The position numbers were made by a program, and so were the translations under genes. Shown here one piece after another: positions 49,190 to 50,000 of a stretch of 50,000 bases of DNA. Under the pieces are notes generated by a model. The model had not been told where the DNA came from and did no database searches. It saw only the letters and a list, made by a program, of their open reading frames with translations. This stretch comes from Chiloscyllium plagiosum (Eukaryota): positions 1-50,000 of the forward strand of contig NW_025214746.1 in assembly GCF_004010195.1 (NCBI RefSeq), given 5' to 3'. Position 1 is the first letter of the stretch. Every line of letters starts with the position of its first letter.

Positions 49190-49340
49190 GGTGAATGGGT
49201 GGCTCAATACCAAGGATACGGCAGCATTTAGTTCTAGGTTTCAATCCAGACCAGGTATGGTTTAATTCTCTGTTGGTTATAAGTGTCTTGATGTGAAATG
49301 AGTTTCACAGATAACCAAATTGGTTGCTAATTGGACCAAA
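49190..49340 (+). mobile_element. Old tRNA-derived SINE resembling LF-SINE
   Basis: TGGCTCA, TTCAATCCAGACCAGGT and ATGTGAAATGAGTT (49291-49304) occur in the order recalled for LF-SINE. Confidence 0.45.
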
Positions 49341-49462
49341 GTAGCAATCTTTCTGCTCATATAGGAAATGGAAATGAAAATGGAAAGCCTGTATTGGATA
49401 TATTAATAGAATTGGGATGCAAGGATTTTACCAGAGCATTTTGGTTCCAGAAACAGAGAGAA

Positions 49463-50000
49463 TGTTGTGGTTCTGTTCGCCGAGCTGGGAATTTGTGTTG
49501 CAGACGTTTCGTCCCCTGTCCAGGTGACATCCTCAGTGCTTGGGAGCCTCCTGTGAAGCGCTTCTGTGATCTTTCCTCTGGCATTTGTAGTAGTTTGAAT
49601 CTGCCGCTTCCGCTTGTCAGTTCCAGCTGTCAATGGCAGTGGCCGGTATATTGAGTCCAGGTCGATGTGCTTATTGATTGAATCTGTGGATGAGTGCCAT
49701 GCCTCTAGGAATTCCCTGGCTGTTCTCTGTTTGGCTTGTCCTATAATAGTAGTGTTGTCCCAGTCGAACTCATGTTGCTTGTCATCTGAGTGTGTGGCTA
49801 CTAAGGATAGCTAGTCATGTTGTTTCGTGGCTAGTTGGTGTTCATGGATACGGAGCATGTCCTCATTCCGTTGTCTTTCCCTTAGGCATCTGTTGATGAA
49901 ATTGCACGGGTATCCGTTTTTGGCGAATACATTGTATAGTTGTTCTTCTTCCTCTTTTTGCAGTTCTGGTGTACTGCAGTGTGTTGTGGCCCTTTTGAAT
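49463..50000 (-). mobile_element. Penelope-like element (family C relative), running off the window, internally deleted
   Basis: Minus translation FKRATTHCSTPELQKEEEEQLYNVFAKNGYP (thumb) is joined to RIHEHQLATK..FDWDNTTIIGQAKQRTAREFLEAWHS (GIY-YIG C-terminus), then the pLTR. Confidence 0.92.
49500..49539 (-). ncRNA. Hammerhead ribozyme in Penelope pLTR, intact
   Basis: Reverse complement reads GCA CUGAGGA U GUC A CCU GGAC AGG G GAC GAAA CG UC UGC: stem I GCA/UGC, paired stem II, palindromic stem III ACGU, triplet GUC. Confidence 0.82.

Noticed and set aside
1..50000. Most ORF-track entries, and the neighbouring CLASP1 exons (VRDAAINSLVEIY... upstream, AKEGAGAVDEEDF... downstream)
   Set aside because: The ORFs are LINE, SINE or Penelope fragments or chance frames. 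The flanking exons were not found by eye and probably lie outside the window. No intact autonomous element or second gene was seen.

Overview
This is vertebrate genomic DNA, most likely from a shark (inferred from HE1/V-SINE-type SINEs and CR1/HER1-type LINEs). The whole window lies inside CLASP1 on the + strand. Only two clear coding exons are present: 15353-15423 (LNVIFAKFDEVQKSGNMILSSAA) and 42010-42156 (DKNFDEDDSVDGNRPSSASSTSSKAPSSRR...), separated by a 26.6 kb intron. The rest is intron filled with nested CR1 and L2 LINE fragments, tRNA-derived SINEs, Penelope-like elements and solo LTRs. Three observations stand out. (1) A transposon-free island at about 18.6-22.1 kb holds candidate alternative first exons that splice in frame to the 42010 exon. 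One encodes MTTGE-D, closely paralleling the CLASP2-gamma start MAMGD-D; another is a two-exon, Cys-rich 85-aa N-terminus. (2) At least four Penelope-type repeat families each carry their own minimal hammerhead ribozyme, several as short ORF-less units with target-site duplications. The best-preserved cores are all antisense to CLASP1. (3) A clean solo LTR sits within a deep stack of nested insertions. No database searches were run; reference protein and repeat sequences are recalled from memory.
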